DNA of 60,783 bases, filler included. It is 5 parts of 5 records of this genome, joined end to end, with 100 filler letters (N's around TTAATTAATTAA, not from the genome) between each part and the next. Parts side by side here need not be neighbours in the genome. Positions count along the whole stretch, not along the records: positions 24,332 to 41,660 come from DRR378314_1926; positions 41,761 to 60,783 come from DRR378314_1928; 3 more parts are not named here. One strand, written 5' to 3'. The notes under the pieces are model-generated. The model was not told the origin of the DNA and did not search any database. It saw only the letters and a program-made list of their open reading frames with translations. Both the position numbers and the translations under genes were made by a program. Shown here piece by piece: positions 30,665-41,761 of this stretch. Every line of letters starts with the position of its first letter. Position 1 is the first letter of the stretch.

Positions 30665-31243
30665 TCATCGCGCCAGCAGTAAAAGCTCTATATCCAAGTA
30701 ATAGCTGGCTGCTTCGCGCAGGTTATCGAGTAGACCTCGGCGCGGCAAATCTGGCTCGTGCAGCGCTAACAGCTGCCTAGGGCCACCGTTTTCCTGCATT
30801 TGCCGCAACGAGCGGTACATCTGTGCGAAAGCATCGGCATCGCTATTAATCCATAGTGCCCAACGCGGAAAGCGCTCTTTCAGTTGGCTAAGATTAGCGG
30901 CATCCGCATTGACGATGTGAATATCCCAATCATCCGGGTCGCCAGCCCAACGTCGCCCCAGCACTGACCATTGGGCTAGGCGCCCTTTTACTCTTGCCAC
31001 CTGCTGATCGCCACCGTTAGGCATACCGATCACGATAAGCGGCTTCTGCGGCACCGAGGGCGATGCGCTGGTTTGCGCTTGGGCAGCAGTTGGCGGCACC
31101 GTTAAAGAATCGGTCATAGCGGTCAGTGGTTCAGCCGCAAGTTCGTCTCCCGTGGGATCACTCTCAACTGACTCTGCTTGGCGCTGCTGGCGCTGTAAAT
31201 CTGCCCACTTGCGCAGGCCCGCTGCCTGATCCGGGGCGCTCAT
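30665..31243 (-). CDS. Degenerate FlhG/FleN-like protein lacking the ATPase motifs
   Basis: N-terminal DQAAGLR; occupies the flhG position between flhF and fliA; no GKGGVGK Walker A. Confidence 0.65.
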   Translation of the reverse strand: MSAPDQAAGLRKWADLQRQQRQAESVESDPTGDELAAEPLTAMTDSLTVPPTAAQAQTSASPSVPQKPLIVIGMPNGGDQQVARVKGRLAQWSVLGRRWAGDPDDWDIHIVNADAANLSQLKERFPRWALWINSDADAFAQMYRSLRQMQENGGPRQLLALHEPDLPRRGLLDNLREAASYYLDIELLLLAR

Positions 31244-33450
31244 GCCAGCCCCTCACGGCTAACGCTGCTGAGTTGGCGAATGGCGTCACGAGCCATAAAC
31301 GCGTGAACAAGCGCATCTAGCATCGCTGTGTCGCGCCGCTTACGCGTGGTGGCCAACAACCTTAACAAATCGGAACGCAGTGCTATCGCAGCGTCATCAT
31401 TGGCGATATCTAAGTGTCCCGCTGCAGCAGCGACACCGCTGGCCATCAATAAGCGTACCTCTGTGCTTACTTCGCCATCATCCGCATCTTTCAACTGCTG
31501 CCAAGCGCGTTTGGTTAGGCTAGACACCCCTTCGCTTTGCAGCTGGATAACCAGCAGCGAACGCACATCTGCACCTAATCGAGCAGGTGTTAACCAGTAG
31601 CGGCGCGCGATGCGTTTGCCATTTTCTGGATCGCGAACTTCACCAACCCATGCCAACAGCGGAGTACCAGCGGCGTCCTCGACAGCAATATGGGTGTGCC
31701 ATAGCTGCACCGTTTGACCACGAAAACGTAGATCAGTGTGATGTGTGAGCGGGCTATCTGTGAACAGCTGACGCTGGGCATAACGCTCGCCCTGACAGTA
31801 TACCCGTTGAGTGGCAGCTACTTGCGTGATCCAGGTCAAGTGTTGGGCTTCTAGCCATGCTAACGTGGCGGGGTCGGGAAACACGGGGAGCAGATGTACG
31901 GCGGCCCCCATCGTTTCGCCTTGGTGCAGCAGCCGTGATTGCCAGCCTGCGGGCTGACGGTGCTGTAGGCTGGTTAGCGCTAGCCAACCACCATCGGCGT
32001 CTAGTCCAAGATCGGGCATCGACCAGTCACAGCCTCGCTCATTACGGCGGGGAGACCATGCCATGCCCAGCCCCTTATCCGCGCAGGGCTCGCTAGCCAG
32101 TAGTGCATCCAAGCGTTTATCTTGCAGCACGCCCGGTAAGGAGGCGATATCCCATACCGACTCTAGCGCTGAAAACCCAACAATCCTTTCACGCAGCCGC
32201 GTCAGCACAGAGCTGAGGCGGCGCCCTTGCCCCAGCACGTCCCGCGACCAGCGCGGCAGACTCACCGAGTGAGGCTGCGCAGCGGAGGGCGAAGATTGCT
32301 CTTCACGCACCCTCCCCAATGGGGTATTAAGCGCTTGATCGATCAGCGCAGCAGGGTCCGCAACCGCCATATCTTCTGGAACACGTTGCCCGTACGAACC
32401 AAATAACACGCGCAAGCCATGGCGTATGACAATATCTAGCACGGGGGCTAACCGGCCAGCTTCGTCCTGCTTGGTAATAATGCAATCATCTAACTCAGCG
32501 CCAGCCGCCCGTGCGGCTTGGCGATAGCGCAACACGACCTCTTCTAATGTTTCAGGCTGGCTAGCTGCATTCAACAGCAGCACTAAGCGCACGGACGCTT
32601 GCCCACCCTGCAAATGGGCAATTTGCTCAATCACACGCTGGTCACGCTGACTCATACCGACGGTGTCGATAATCACCCACTGTTTACCTTGCAGTCGTCC
32701 GACCAGCTCATCAATCGGCTGCTCGGCGTCTAAGGCATACATGGGGGTATCCAGCAGGCGGGCGTAAATTCGTAGCTGCTCGTGGGCACCAATACGAAAG
32801 CTATCGGTGGTGACAAGGGCCACAGGGCGCGTACCGTGGCGCATCACGAAACGTGCTGCTAGTTTCGCAGTGGTGGTAGTTTTCCCCACCCCCGTAGGCC
32901 CCACCAGCGCGACAATTCCCGCTTGATCGAAAAAACCGGTTTCTTCTTTCAGTACCGGTAACCGCGCCATTAGCTGCCCACGAAGCCACTCGATTGCAAG
33001 CGCGCTATCGGCATCCGGCTGAGCCAATGACGTCGGCAGCGCCGCCAGCACCTCGTCGCTTAGCTCCTCGCTGAAACCAACGCTAAGCAGCTGTTGGCGC
33101 AAACGAAAGATTGGGTCGTCAGTGGTGGCAGAGACGGGCGCATCGGCAGCAGGCTGCCGCTGGGCAAGCAGCTCCCGCATCTCCTGCATCTCGCGCAGCA
33201 AGCGTTCACTCATTGCCTGCAGCGGATCGGAATCTTGCGCTGAAAAGGCGATTTGGGGAGCTGGGGTAGGTGGAGGTGGCGACGTAGGGGAAGGTTCAAA
33301 ATGATCGACCGCTTCATCCGCCATCGCCAATATTTCAACCCCACCCTCGGTACGGCGATTGGCGACAATTAAAGCGTCATCACCTAATGTTTCGCGCACT
33401 TGGCGCATCACATCGCGGCTGTTTGCTCCAACAAATCGTCTCACGCTCAT
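31240..33450 (-). CDS. flhF: SRP-type GTPase FlhF with long C-terminal extension
   Basis: GPTGVGKTTT, TDSFRIGA, DTVG, TKQDE, GQRVPED. Confidence 0.95.
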   Translation of the reverse strand: MSVRRFVGANSRDVMRQVRETLGDDALIVANRRTEGGVEILAMADEAVDHFEPSPTSPPPPTPAPQIAFSAQDSDPLQAMSERLLREMQEMRELLAQRQPAADAPVSATTDDPIFRLRQQLLSVGFSEELSDEVLAALPTSLAQPDADSALAIEWLRGQLMARLPVLKEETGFFDQAGIVALVGPTGVGKTTTTAKLAARFVMRHGTRPVALVTTDSFRIGAHEQLRIYARLLDTPMYALDAEQPIDELVGRLQGKQWVIIDTVGMSQRDQRVIEQIAHLQGGQASVRLVLLLNAASQPETLEEVVLRYRQAARAAGAELDDCIITKQDEAGRLAPVLDIVIRHGLRVLFGSYGQRVPEDMAVADPAALIDQALNTPLGRVREEQSSPSAAQPHSVSLPRWSRDVLGQGRRLSSVLTRLRERIVGFSALESVWDIASLPGVLQDKRLDALLASEPCADKGLGMAWSPRRNERGCDWSMPDLGLDADGGWLALTSLQHRQPAGWQSRLLHQGETMGAAVHLLPVFPDPATLAWLEAQHLTWITQVAATQRVYCQGERYAQRQLFTDSPLTHHTDLRFRGQTVQLWHTHIAVEDAAGTPLLAWVGEVRDPENGKRIARRYWLTPARLGADVRSLLVIQLQSEGVSSLTKRAWQQLKDADDGEVSTEVRLLMASGVAAAAGHLDIANDDAAIALRSDLLRLLATTRKRRDTAMLDALVHAFMARDAIRQLSSVSREGLA

Positions 33451-33503
33451 GCTTTACCTGCGCCTCTTTTTGATGGTTTGGTAACGAGTGTTCTGCGTCA
33501 ATC

Positions 33504-35588
33504 TCACGCCCGTCCTCCTACTACCGTAGTGACTCGTAACGTACGGTCATCCGGTATTTCTGCTTGAGACATCACCACCAAATGACGCACACGCCGACGT
33601 AAGAAACGCGATAGCACAGCACGCAGCGAGTGCTGTACGACCAGCACCGGTGCTTCACCGCTACCTTCATGACGCTCCAGGGCCTCTTGTGCCTGCGTCA
33701 TGAGCGTATCAGCCAGCCCTGGCTCCATCGCACCGTTACCATTCATGGCCTGCATAAGCACTTGCTCTAACTGGGCATCGAGTCCCATCACGTTGAGCGT
33801 TTCCTGGCCGGCAAACCACTGCTGGGTAATCGCTCGACCCAAGGCAACACGCACCAGTGCGGTCAGCTCATTAGCATCTTTTTGCTGCCCAGCATGCTCT
33901 GCCAGCGTATCCAGCACCGTGCGCATATCGCGTATCGAAACATCTTCATCAAGCAGATTCTGCAGAATACGCTGCAGTACGGTGAGTGAAATGGCTTTCG
34001 GCACCACCTCTTCGACTAGCGACTTTTGATCCTCACCCAGCTTATCGAGCAGCTTTTGCACTTCTTGCCGTCCCAGCATTTCTGGCGAGTGGCGATGCAG
34101 CAGGTGGTTTAAGTGAGTAGCAATGACCGTACTGGCATCCACCACGGTATAGCCGTACACCTGGGCGTGTTCACGCTGATTGGCATCGATCCAGATGGCG
34201 GGCAAACCAAAGGCTGGGTCTTGGGTGGGCGTCCCCTGTAATTCGCCTGATACCTGACCTGGGTCGATTGCCAGCCATTTGCCCGGCTGTGCATCCGCAC
34301 GGCCAATTTCCGCCCCCTTCATAGAGAGTACGTAGGTATTCGGCGGCAGCTCCAGGTTATCGCGTATATGCACCACGGGCGGTAAGAACCCAACCTCTTG
34401 GGCAAACTTCTTACGCACACTTTTGATCCTAGCCAGCAGTTCCCCTTTCTGGCGGGAGTCCACTAGGGGAATAAGCCGATGCCCCACCTCAAGTCCCAAC
34501 GTATCAACCAGTTGCACATCTTCCCAACTGGCTTCCGGTGACTCTTGTTGGGGCAGTGGCACGGCTGAGATTTCCTCTTTTACCAACGCCTGCTCTTTTT
34601 GACGAATCAAATACCACGCTAAACCCGCCAGTAGGGCTGTAAAAATCAGAAATACCAGGTTTGGCATCCCAGGCACCATGCCCAGCAGCCCCATCACCAT
34701 CGCAGAGAGGATCATGACCTGAGGATTAATAAATAGCTGGCTGATCATTTGCTGACCAACATCTTGGTCAGTATTGACGCGTGATACGGTGACACCGGCG
34801 GCGGTTGAAATCACCAGCGCAGGGATCTGGGCCACCAGACCATCGCCAATGGTTAGCAAGGTATAGGTACGGGCAGCATCAGCAAAGCCCATATCGTGCT
34901 GCATCATGCCGATCAATAACCCACCGATAATATTGACCACCATGATGACCAAGCCAGCCATGGCATCACCACGCACAAACTTGCTCGCACCATCCATTGA
35001 GCCATAAAAATCTGCTTCCTGGGCGACTTCAGCCCGCCGCTTTTTAGCGTCCTCTTCACCAATCAGGCCTGCGTTCAGGTCCGCATCAATCGCCATCTGT
35101 TTGCCGGGCATGGCATCCAGCATAAAACGAGCGCCCACTTCGGCAATACGCCCAGCCCCCTTGGTAATAACCATGAAGTTGATGATCACCAGGATCAAAA
35201 AGACCACCAGACCAACGGCAAAATTACCGCCGACCAGGAAGGTACCAAACGCTTCAATGACTTTACCGGCCGCATCCCCGCCTTGGTGGCCTTCCATTAG
35301 CACGACACGGGTCGAGGCCACATTGAGCGATAGCCGTAATAGCGTGGTAAATAACAGCACCGCAGGGAAAGCGGCAAAATCGAGTGGCTTTTCCGCAAAC
35401 ATGCTGACCAGCAGCACCATGATGGCCAGTGCGATATTGAACGTGAACAGCAAATCGAGCGCGAAGGGCGGCAAGGGCAGAATCATCATGCCCAAGATCA
35501 TTAGAATCAGCAGCGGCCCTGCGAGCAGCTTCATGCGCACATCGCCCATCCAATCGCGCTGATTGATCAATTGGGTTAAGCCTTTCAT
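33504..35588 (-). CDS. flhA: Flagellar export gate protein FlhA
   Basis: FHIPEP motifs RF.LDAMPGKQMAIDADL and FYGSMDGASKFVRGDA. Confidence 0.98.
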   Translation of the reverse strand: MKGLTQLINQRDWMGDVRMKLLAGPLLILMILGMMILPLPPFALDLLFTFNIALAIMVLLVSMFAEKPLDFAAFPAVLLFTTLLRLSLNVASTRVVLMEGHQGGDAAGKVIEAFGTFLVGGNFAVGLVVFLILVIINFMVITKGAGRIAEVGARFMLDAMPGKQMAIDADLNAGLIGEEDAKKRRAEVAQEADFYGSMDGASKFVRGDAMAGLVIMVVNIIGGLLIGMMQHDMGFADAARTYTLLTIGDGLVAQIPALVISTAAGVTVSRVNTDQDVGQQMISQLFINPQVMILSAMVMGLLGMVPGMPNLVFLIFTALLAGLAWYLIRQKEQALVKEEISAVPLPQQESPEASWEDVQLVDTLGLEVGHRLIPLVDSRQKGELLARIKSVRKKFAQEVGFLPPVVHIRDNLELPPNTYVLSMKGAEIGRADAQPGKWLAIDPGQVSGELQGTPTQDPAFGLPAIWIDANQREHAQVYGYTVVDASTVIATHLNHLLHRHSPEMLGRQEVQKLLDKLGEDQKSLVEEVVPKAISLTVLQRILQNLLDEDVSIRDMRTVLDTLAEHAGQQKDANELTALVRVALGRAITQQWFAGQETLNVMGLDAQLEQVLMQAMNGNGAMEPGLADTLMTQAQEALERHEGSGEAPVLVVQHSLRAVLSRFLRRRVRHLVVMSQAEIPDDRTLRVTTVVGGRA

Positions 35589-36751
35589 GATTGCGCCTCA
35601 CTGCCACCGGCATCTCGATTGGAACGTTCCATTTCGGGAGGGACCGATAAATTGTCTGGGGTTGGGGGCACCTCGCCTCCTTGTTGTGCGACCTGCTTCA
35701 GGCGGTAAGCCCAGGCCATCACTTCAGCCACTGCGGTATACAGTTCCGCAGGTACTTCAGCATCTAAATCCACGTGATGATACAGAGCGCGCGCCAAGGG
35801 AGCGGCCTCCAATCGCGGCACACCGGCTTCCAAGCCTATTTCGCGGATACGTGCGGCCACTACATCGGCCCCTTTGGCCACTAGCCTTGGGGCACCCATG
35901 CTACCTTCCTTATACGCCAGGGCCACCGCATAGTGGGTTGGGTTGGTGATAATAACGTCGGCATCAGGCACTTTACTCATCATCCGCCCTCTGGCCATTG
36001 CTTGCTGCTGCTGGCGAATACGCCCCTTGACGTGGGGGTCGCCTTCCGACTCTTTATGCTCTCGCTTAACCTCTTCCTTGCTCATACGCAGCTTTTTCGC
36101 ATTACTCCAAAGCTGAAAAGGCACATCAATTAAGATAACCACCACTAGCGATAAAACGATCAGGCCAGCGGCTAGCGCCGACATATTCAATGCGCTTGCC
36201 AATGCTTGCTGAATGGGCTGATTCATTAGCCCCATAAACTTACCAAGGTTGGCGTACAGAAACGCCGATGCAATGCCGCCGACCAGGATTGATTTGGCAA
36301 TCGCTTTGGTTAATTCAATCAATGCCTGCGACGAAAAAATACGCTGTAACCCTTTCACCGGGTTTAGCTTCGACAGTTTGGGCTGCATTGATTTTGCCGA
36401 GACTAACCACCCCCCAAGTAATGCGGGTGCGACCAGGGCGATCACCGTCAACAGCAAGAACAGCGGCAACATTGCAAATAGTGTGCGCTGCCCCAGATCC
36501 AGCGCATTGACCAGCATCGGGGTACTTTCCATGGCATGACGACGCTCAAATAAGAAGGCCTGCTCCATCACCATGCCCAACTGGTCATAGAGCATTTGCC
36601 CCATGCTCCACAGCCCAATCACACCGCCCAATAGCAGCAAAAAGGTCGCCAGTTCTCGAGACCGGGGTACTTGGCCTTCTTCCCGGGCTTTGTCTAAGCG
36701 TCGGGGTGTGGCCTCTTCCGTCTTTTCCTGATCGCTGTCGTTATCTGCCAT
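35585..36751 (-). CDS. flhB: Flagellar export switch protein FlhB
   Basis: EKTEEATPRR, EGDPHVK, NPTH autocleavage motif. Confidence 0.98.
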   Translation of the reverse strand: MADNDSDQEKTEEATPRRLDKAREEGQVPRSRELATFLLLLGGVIGLWSMGQMLYDQLGMVMEQAFLFERRHAMESTPMLVNALDLGQRTLFAMLPLFLLLTVIALVAPALLGGWLVSAKSMQPKLSKLNPVKGLQRIFSSQALIELTKAIAKSILVGGIASAFLYANLGKFMGLMNQPIQQALASALNMSALAAGLIVLSLVVVILIDVPFQLWSNAKKLRMSKEEVKREHKESEGDPHVKGRIRQQQQAMARGRMMSKVPDADVIITNPTHYAVALAYKEGSMGAPRLVAKGADVVAARIREIGLEAGVPRLEAAPLARALYHHVDLDAEVPAELYTAVAEVMAWAYRLKQVAQQGGEVPPTPDNLSVPPEMERSNRDAGGSEAQS

Positions 36752-36789
36752 GCGGCCATCCGGCGGTATCTTGCGTGGCTTATCATAAA

Positions 36790-36815
36790 TTCAGCCGCCC
36801 CGAGGGACGGCTGAA
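36790..36815 (-). terminator. Hairpin between cheZ and flhB
   Basis: TTCAGCCG...CGGCTGAA inverted repeat. Confidence 0.45.
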
Positions 36816-36868
36816 CAAATGCCTATAGTGCCAGATACTGCCTTTCACAATGTCTTAATAACAACGCA

Positions 36869-37564
36869 TTAAAAGCCTAATTCGTCCAATAAGTCGTCTA
36901 CCTGATCCTGACCAGTAACGATGTCAGGCGCATTGTCCTTCACCTGAGGACCATTCAGCAGCTCTTCATTACGACGTGCGTTGTCATTTTTCCATTGGTC
37001 TTCTGCCTTACGCTGCATCGACTCACGGACATGAGCACCCGGCACGTTATCGATCAGCACCTGCACCAACTGATGCTCAATTTCTCGGATGACATCCATC
37101 ATCTTTTTGATAACTTGGCCGGTAAGATCTTGAAAATCCTGGGCCATCATAATGTCGAGCAGCTCTTTATTTGTCGCTGCAGCGATGGTTGGCACATCAC
37201 TTAGATAGGTGCGCGTCTCTTTTACCAAAGCTTTGGCATCATCCAACTCTTGGGGCGCTTCAAACCACTCTGCCCAGCGCTTATCGAGCGCTTCAGCACG
37301 GTCAGAGAGTTGGTCTTGCAATGGCTGAGCGCGATCAATGGCGTTTAATGCACGTTCAGCCGCCTGCTCAGTCATGGTAGCGACGTAATGCAACCGGTCA
37401 CGCGCGTCAGGAATTGCTTCCGCTGCTTTCTCGATCTCTTTGTCCAGACCCAGCTCTCGCATGTTGTCGCGTAACATGCGGGTAAGTTTGCCGATGCGAA
37501 AGATCAGGTCTTCAGCGGCTTCCTCAGATAGCTGGGTAGCGCTATCCTGCTCATGCTGACTCAT
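36869..37564 (-). CDS. cheZ: CheY-P phosphatase
   Basis: [12 protein letters not shown] and C-terminal [13 protein letters not shown]. Confidence 0.97.
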   Translation of the reverse strand: MSQHEQDSATQLSEEAAEDLIFRIGKLTRMLRDNMRELGLDKEIEKAAEAIPDARDRLHYVATMTEQAAERALNAIDRAQPLQDQLSDRAEALDKRWAEWFEAPQELDDAKALVKETRTYLSDVPTIAAATNKELLDIMMAQDFQDLTGQVIKKMMDVIREIEHQLVQVLIDNVPGAHVRESMQRKAEDQWKNDNARRNEELLNGPQVKDNAPDIVTGQDQVDDLLDELGF

Positions 37565-37606
37565 CGTGTTGTCTCCTCGTTAACCGAGCACTCAGGCGCA
37601 GCCGCT

Positions 37607-37996
37607 TCATTTACCCATCTTATCGAAGATCTTATTTAGCTTTTCTTCGAGTGTGGCTGCTGTAAACGGCTTGACGACGTAGCCATTAGCGCCCGCTTGG
37701 GCGGCCGCGATGATGTTCTCTTTTTTGGCTTCCGCGGTCACCATCAATACGGGTAGCCCTTTTAGTGCTTCATCCTGGCGAATCTCTTTAAGCATTTCTA
37801 AGCCGTCCAGGTTTGGCATATTCCAATCAGATACGACGAATTCGAAGTTACCCGCACGCAGCTTATTCAGCGCATCCTGACCATCTTCTGCTTCATCAAC
37901 ATTGGTAAAACCCAGCTCTTTCAACAAGCTGCGAACGATCCGACGCATGGTGGGAAAATCGTCAACTACCAGAAAACTCATGTTCTTATCGGCCAT
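37607..37996 (-). CDS. cheY: Chemotaxis response regulator
   Basis: [19 protein letters not shown]. Confidence 0.98.
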   Translation of the reverse strand: MADKNMSFLVVDDFPTMRRIVRSLLKELGFTNVDEAEDGQDALNKLRAGNFEFVVSDWNMPNLDGLEMLKEIRQDEALKGLPVLMVTAEAKKENIIAAAQAGANGYVVKPFTAATLEEKLNKIFDKMGK

Positions 37997-38036
37997 TGGT
38001 CATCCTCTCAATCAAATTATTTCTTACATAACGATG

Positions 38037-38093
38037 CTTAAAAATCGTTCTTAAAACCGCCCTTAAAACGGCTCTTACAACAATCCTTAAAAC
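38037..38093. repeat. Five ~12-bp degenerate tandem repeats (CTTAAAA core)
   Basis: Cores at 38037, 38050, 38062, 38074 and 38086. Confidence 0.8.
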
Positions 38094-39779
38094 CTAGAAC
38101 GCTTCCCACTCGTCGTGGTGGCTAGGCTCTGGGATTCGGCGAGGGCTGGGCGCAGTGTCTGCCTGCGGCCTAGCCGCAGGCACGTTTACTTGGCTACTCG
38201 CTGGCAGTGCTTGACGCTGCACGCCCGCTTGGCTAGTTAACAAAGCAAAGACAGCCACCGCCTCTTCTAACTTGTTTGCTTGCTCTTCAAGCGACATAGC
38301 CGCCGCGGAGGCTTGCTGAACCAGCGCTGCATTCTGCTGGGTCACTTCATCCATCTGCCCTACCGCTTGGCTGACCTGCTCAATGCCATCGCTCTGTTCC
38401 TGAGACGCTGCAGAAATCTCATCCATAATATCGGTCACCCGACGGACAGCCGTCACCACATCGGACATGGTAGTGCCCGCTTGCTCTACCAGCGTAGAGC
38501 CTTGCTTGATTTGTGCAACGGAGGCATCAATCAGCGTTTTGATCTCTTTTGCCGCATCGGCACTGCGGCTAGCCAAGTTGCGCACCTCACCTGCCACAAC
38601 GGCAAAACCACGCCCTTGCTCGCCAGCGCGTGCCGCTTCGACCGAGGCATTGAGCGCCAAAATATTGGTTTGAAAAGCGATAGAGTCGATCACACTGGTG
38701 ATATCTGCCACTTTCTGGGAGCTGGTAGAAATACCGTGCATGGTCTGCACTACCTGCTCAACCACTTGGCCCCCCTGCTCGGCAGTAGTGGAGGCATCTG
38801 CTGCCAGCGTGCTTGCCTGGCGCGCATTGTCGGCATTTTGTTTCACCGTGGCTGTCATTTGTTCCATGCTGGCGGCCGTTTCTTCGATCGAGGCGGCCTG
38901 CTGTTCAGTGCGTGATGACAAATCCGCATTGCCACTGGCTATCTCTCGCGTGCCGTGATGAATTTCACTACTGCCTTCACGAACCCGCGTCACAATCGCC
39001 GTCAGGTTTTGCTGCATCGTGCCCATCGCTGAAAAAAGACGCCCCACTTCATTTTTGCCTGATGCAGGAACGGGTTCCGTTAAGTCAGCCTGGGAAATTT
39101 TGTCTAGTCGCCTTACGGCGTCATTCAACGGCGCGATGACCGTACGGCGTAATGCTATATAGATGAGCACAGTCACCAATAGCGCAATTGCTACGGCAAG
39201 CGCATTGACTAACATAAACATATCGCCTTGCGCTTCAGCGTCGCCACGAATGCTATCTACCTGCTGAAAACCATGCTGCACAAAAGCAGTGGCGCTATTG
39301 GCTAAATTGCTCAATGGCTCAACCAGCTCGCCCCGAAGCCGATTAAAAGCATTGATGTCCATAGTTTCGAACGTCGCATGTTGCTGTTTGACCAAGGCCA
39401 GTACGTCGCGAAAGTCATCTATCAATGCCTCGCCCAATGCGTCGTTTGTCGTCGTAGCGAAGCGTTCAAAACGCTCTTCGGAACGGGCAATTCGATCCAG
39501 AGCAATGTCGACCTGGGCATTGGATTGGCGCGTTTGACCGACCATTAAAAAGTTGGATGCCGTTTCCATAGCCAGCATCGCCTGATTGAGCAACGAGTCA
39601 GCGCGATTAATCTCATTGAGCTGACTATTGCTGATGAGGCTATAGGTTGACAGGTTAGCCTGAGCATTACGGTCTGCCATAAAACTGATACCAGCTAACA
39701 CCACTATCAGCATGACGAAGCTAGCCAACGCAGCAATAACGGCAGAGTGAATACTGATATGACGCAGTGAGCGTGTCAT
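38094..39779 (-). CDS. Tar/Tsr-like methyl-accepting chemotaxis protein
   Basis: Two TM segments, [31 protein letters not shown]-terminal pentapeptide EWEAF. Confidence 0.96.
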   Translation of the reverse strand: MTRSLRHISIHSAVIAALASFVMLIVVLAGISFMADRNAQANLSTYSLISNSQLNEINRADSLLNQAMLAMETASNFLMVGQTRQSNAQVDIALDRIARSEERFERFATTTNDALGEALIDDFRDVLALVKQQHATFETMDINAFNRLRGELVEPLSNLANSATAFVQHGFQQVDSIRGDAEAQGDMFMLVNALAVAIALLVTVLIYIALRRTVIAPLNDAVRRLDKISQADLTEPVPASGKNEVGRLFSAMGTMQQNLTAIVTRVREGSSEIHHGTREIASGNADLSSRTEQQAASIEETAASMEQMTATVKQNADNARQASTLAADASTTAEQGGQVVEQVVQTMHGISTSSQKVADITSVIDSIAFQTNILALNASVEAARAGEQGRGFAVVAGEVRNLASRSADAAKEIKTLIDASVAQIKQGSTLVEQAGTTMSDVVTAVRRVTDIMDEISAASQEQSDGIEQVSQAVGQMDEVTQQNAALVQQASAAAMSLEEQANKLEEAVAVFALLTSQAGVQRQALPASSQVNVPAARPQADTAPSPRRIPEPSHHDEWEAF

Positions 39780-39816
39780 TTTTGTCCCCTTTTTTTTATT
39801 TATGCGCAATGGGGTG

Positions 39817-40878
39817 TTATACCCGCTGAGCACGCCCTGAAGCGGCAATTAAGGCCATCAACCGCGATGGAATATCATCTAATGCAACCACTTCGACTGC
39901 TCCCCCGACGGCGATGGCTTCTCTTGGCATACCAAACACCACACAGCTTTGTTCATTTTGCGCAATGGTAGCCGCCCCGGCTTCACGCATCTCAAGCAGA
40001 CCTGCAGCGCCATCCTTGCCCATGCCGGTCAAAATCACCCCAATGGCGTTTTTACCCGCATGCTTGGAAGCAGAGTGAAACAGCACATCAACAGAGGGAC
40101 GGTGACGGTTGACCGGTGGGCCATCATTTAAGCGCACGACATAGTTAGCACCACTGCGGACAAGCTCTAGGTGCTGGTCGCCTGGGGCAATGTAGGCATG
40201 GCCTGGCAAGACACGCTCGCCATCGGTGGCTTCTTTTACGCTAATTCGGCACAGCCGATCTAGCCGCTCAGCGAAAGAGCGGGTAAAACCACCCGGCATG
40301 TGCTGGGTAATCAAGATGGCTGGCGCATTCGCCGGCAGTGGTTCGAGCACTGAGCGAATTGCCTCTGTGCCGCCGGTAGAAGCGCCAATGATAATCAGCT
40401 TCTCGCTCGACACCATGGGTGCTTTTAGCTGTGTGGGTGGCGGCGCATTTTTATGACGGGCCTGGCGAGGACGCGAGCGGGCAGCGGCGCGAAGCTTGTC
40501 GGTAATTTCAGTTGCATACTCCATCATGCCACTGCGAATACCCAAGCTGGGCTTGGCCACAAAATCCAATGCGCCTAACTCTAACGCACGCAGAGTGATC
40601 TCTGAGCCGCTCTGGGTCAGCGATGACACCATGAGCACCGGCATAGGGCGCAGCCGCATTAAACGCTCAAGAAAATCAAGACCATCCATCCGTGGCATTT
40701 CTACGTCCAATGTCAGCACATCAGGATTGTGTTGTTTGATCAGATCCCTCGCAGCAATCGGGTCTGGCGCGACGGCGACGACTTCCATATCCGGCTGAGA
40801 GTTGATTATTTCCGTTAACAAATCACGAATCAGCGCCGAATCATCAACGCACAACACTTTGATTTTGGCTGCGCTCAA
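39817..40878 (-). CDS. cheB: Chemotaxis methylesterase
   Basis: Receiver domain plus [18 protein letters not shown]. Confidence 0.98.
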   Translation of the reverse strand: MSAAKIKVLCVDDSALIRDLLTEIINSQPDMEVVAVAPDPIAARDLIKQHNPDVLTLDVEMPRMDGLDFLERLMRLRPMPVLMVSSLTQSGSEITLRALELGALDFVAKPSLGIRSGMMEYATEITDKLRAAARSRPRQARHKNAPPPTQLKAPMVSSEKLIIIGASTGGTEAIRSVLEPLPANAPAILITQHMPGGFTRSFAERLDRLCRISVKEATDGERVLPGHAYIAPGDQHLELVRSGANYVVRLNDGPPVNRHRPSVDVLFHSASKHAGKNAIGVILTGMGKDGAAGLLEMREAGAATIAQNEQSCVVFGMPREAIAVGGAVEVVALDDIPSRLMALIAASGRAQRV

Positions 40879-40966
40879 AGCACGCCTCCTTTATGACGGT
40901 AGCCACCTGTGTGCCAGCCCACTCCGCTAAGGCGATTGCCAAAAGGAGTCAACGCACGTAACCGAT

Positions 40967-41659
40967 TTATTTTTTTGCGAGGGTATAAACCGTTTGCCCA
41001 CGCAGCTTGAATGCATCGCTGATATACGAAAAATTTTCCGAGTGTCCCGCAAACAGTAAGGCGTCTGGCTTCATTAGCGGGGCAAACCGTTTTAATATCT
41101 TGGCCTGGGTATCTTTATCGAAATAAATCATAATATTACGACAAAAAACGGCATCAAAAGGGCCTTTTACCGACCACTGGGACGCCAGCAAATTGAGCGG
41201 CAAAAACTCCACCAACGATGAGACTTCTGGCCTTATACGTGCCAAACCTGCATGACCACCGGTGCCTTTCTGGAAAAATCGCTTAACCCGCCCTTCGTCT
41301 AATTTACGCACCTGTTCAAGCGGATAAATACCGGCACGCGCTTTACTGAGTGCGTCGGTGTCAATATCGGTGGCAATGACTTTGGCCTGGGTGGCTTTTG
41401 GCCCCAAGGTTTCTAGCAGCGTCATTGCAATCGAGTAGGGCTCTTCCCCGGTGGACGCCGCTGAGCACCAAATAGTCACGGGACTTTGCTGTTTCTTAAT
41501 GTGCTCAGCTAATAGCGGAAAGTGGTGCGCCTCACGAAAAAAAGCCGTGAGGTTGGTGGTTAAGGCGTTGGTAAACGCCTCCCACTCTCTAGCGTCCGGC
41601 TGACGCTCCAACCGAGACAAATAGTCGGTAAAACGCGTAATACCATGGTGACGCAGTCG
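40967..41659 (-). CDS. cheR: Chemotaxis methyltransferase, 5'-partial
   Basis: TTNLTAFFRE, STGEEPYS, FCRNIMIYF. Confidence 0.97.
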   Translation of the reverse strand, partial: RLRHHGITRFTDYLSRLERQPDAREWEAFTNALTTNLTAFFREAHHFPLLAEHIKKQQSPVTIWCSAASTGEEPYSIAMTLLETLGPKATQAKVIATDIDTDALSKARAGIYPLEQVRKLDEGRVKRFFQKGTGGHAGLARIRPEVSSLVEFLPLNLLASQWSVKGPFDAVFCRNIMIYFDKDTQAKILKRFAPLMKPDALLFAGHSENFSYISDAFKLRGQTVYTLAKK

Positions 41660-41660
41660 C

Positions 41661-41760
41661 NNNNNNNNNNNNNNNNNNNNNNNNNNNNNNNNNNNNNNNN
41701 NNNNTTAATTAATTAANNNNNNNNNNNNNNNNNNNNNNNNNNNNNNNNNNNNNNNNNNNN
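41661..41760. other. Artificial contig spacer
   Basis: N run with TTAATTAATTAA. Confidence 0.99.
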
Positions 41761-41761
41761 G

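Noticed and set aside
37986-37993. GCCGATAA sigma-28 -10 match at the cheY start
   Set aside because: Explained by the Met-Ala-Asp-Lys codons; no matching -35 box
38037-38093. CRISPR interpretation of this array or of the 200-bp repeats
   Set aside because: Unit and spacer lengths are incompatible, repeats are degenerate and no cas genes are present
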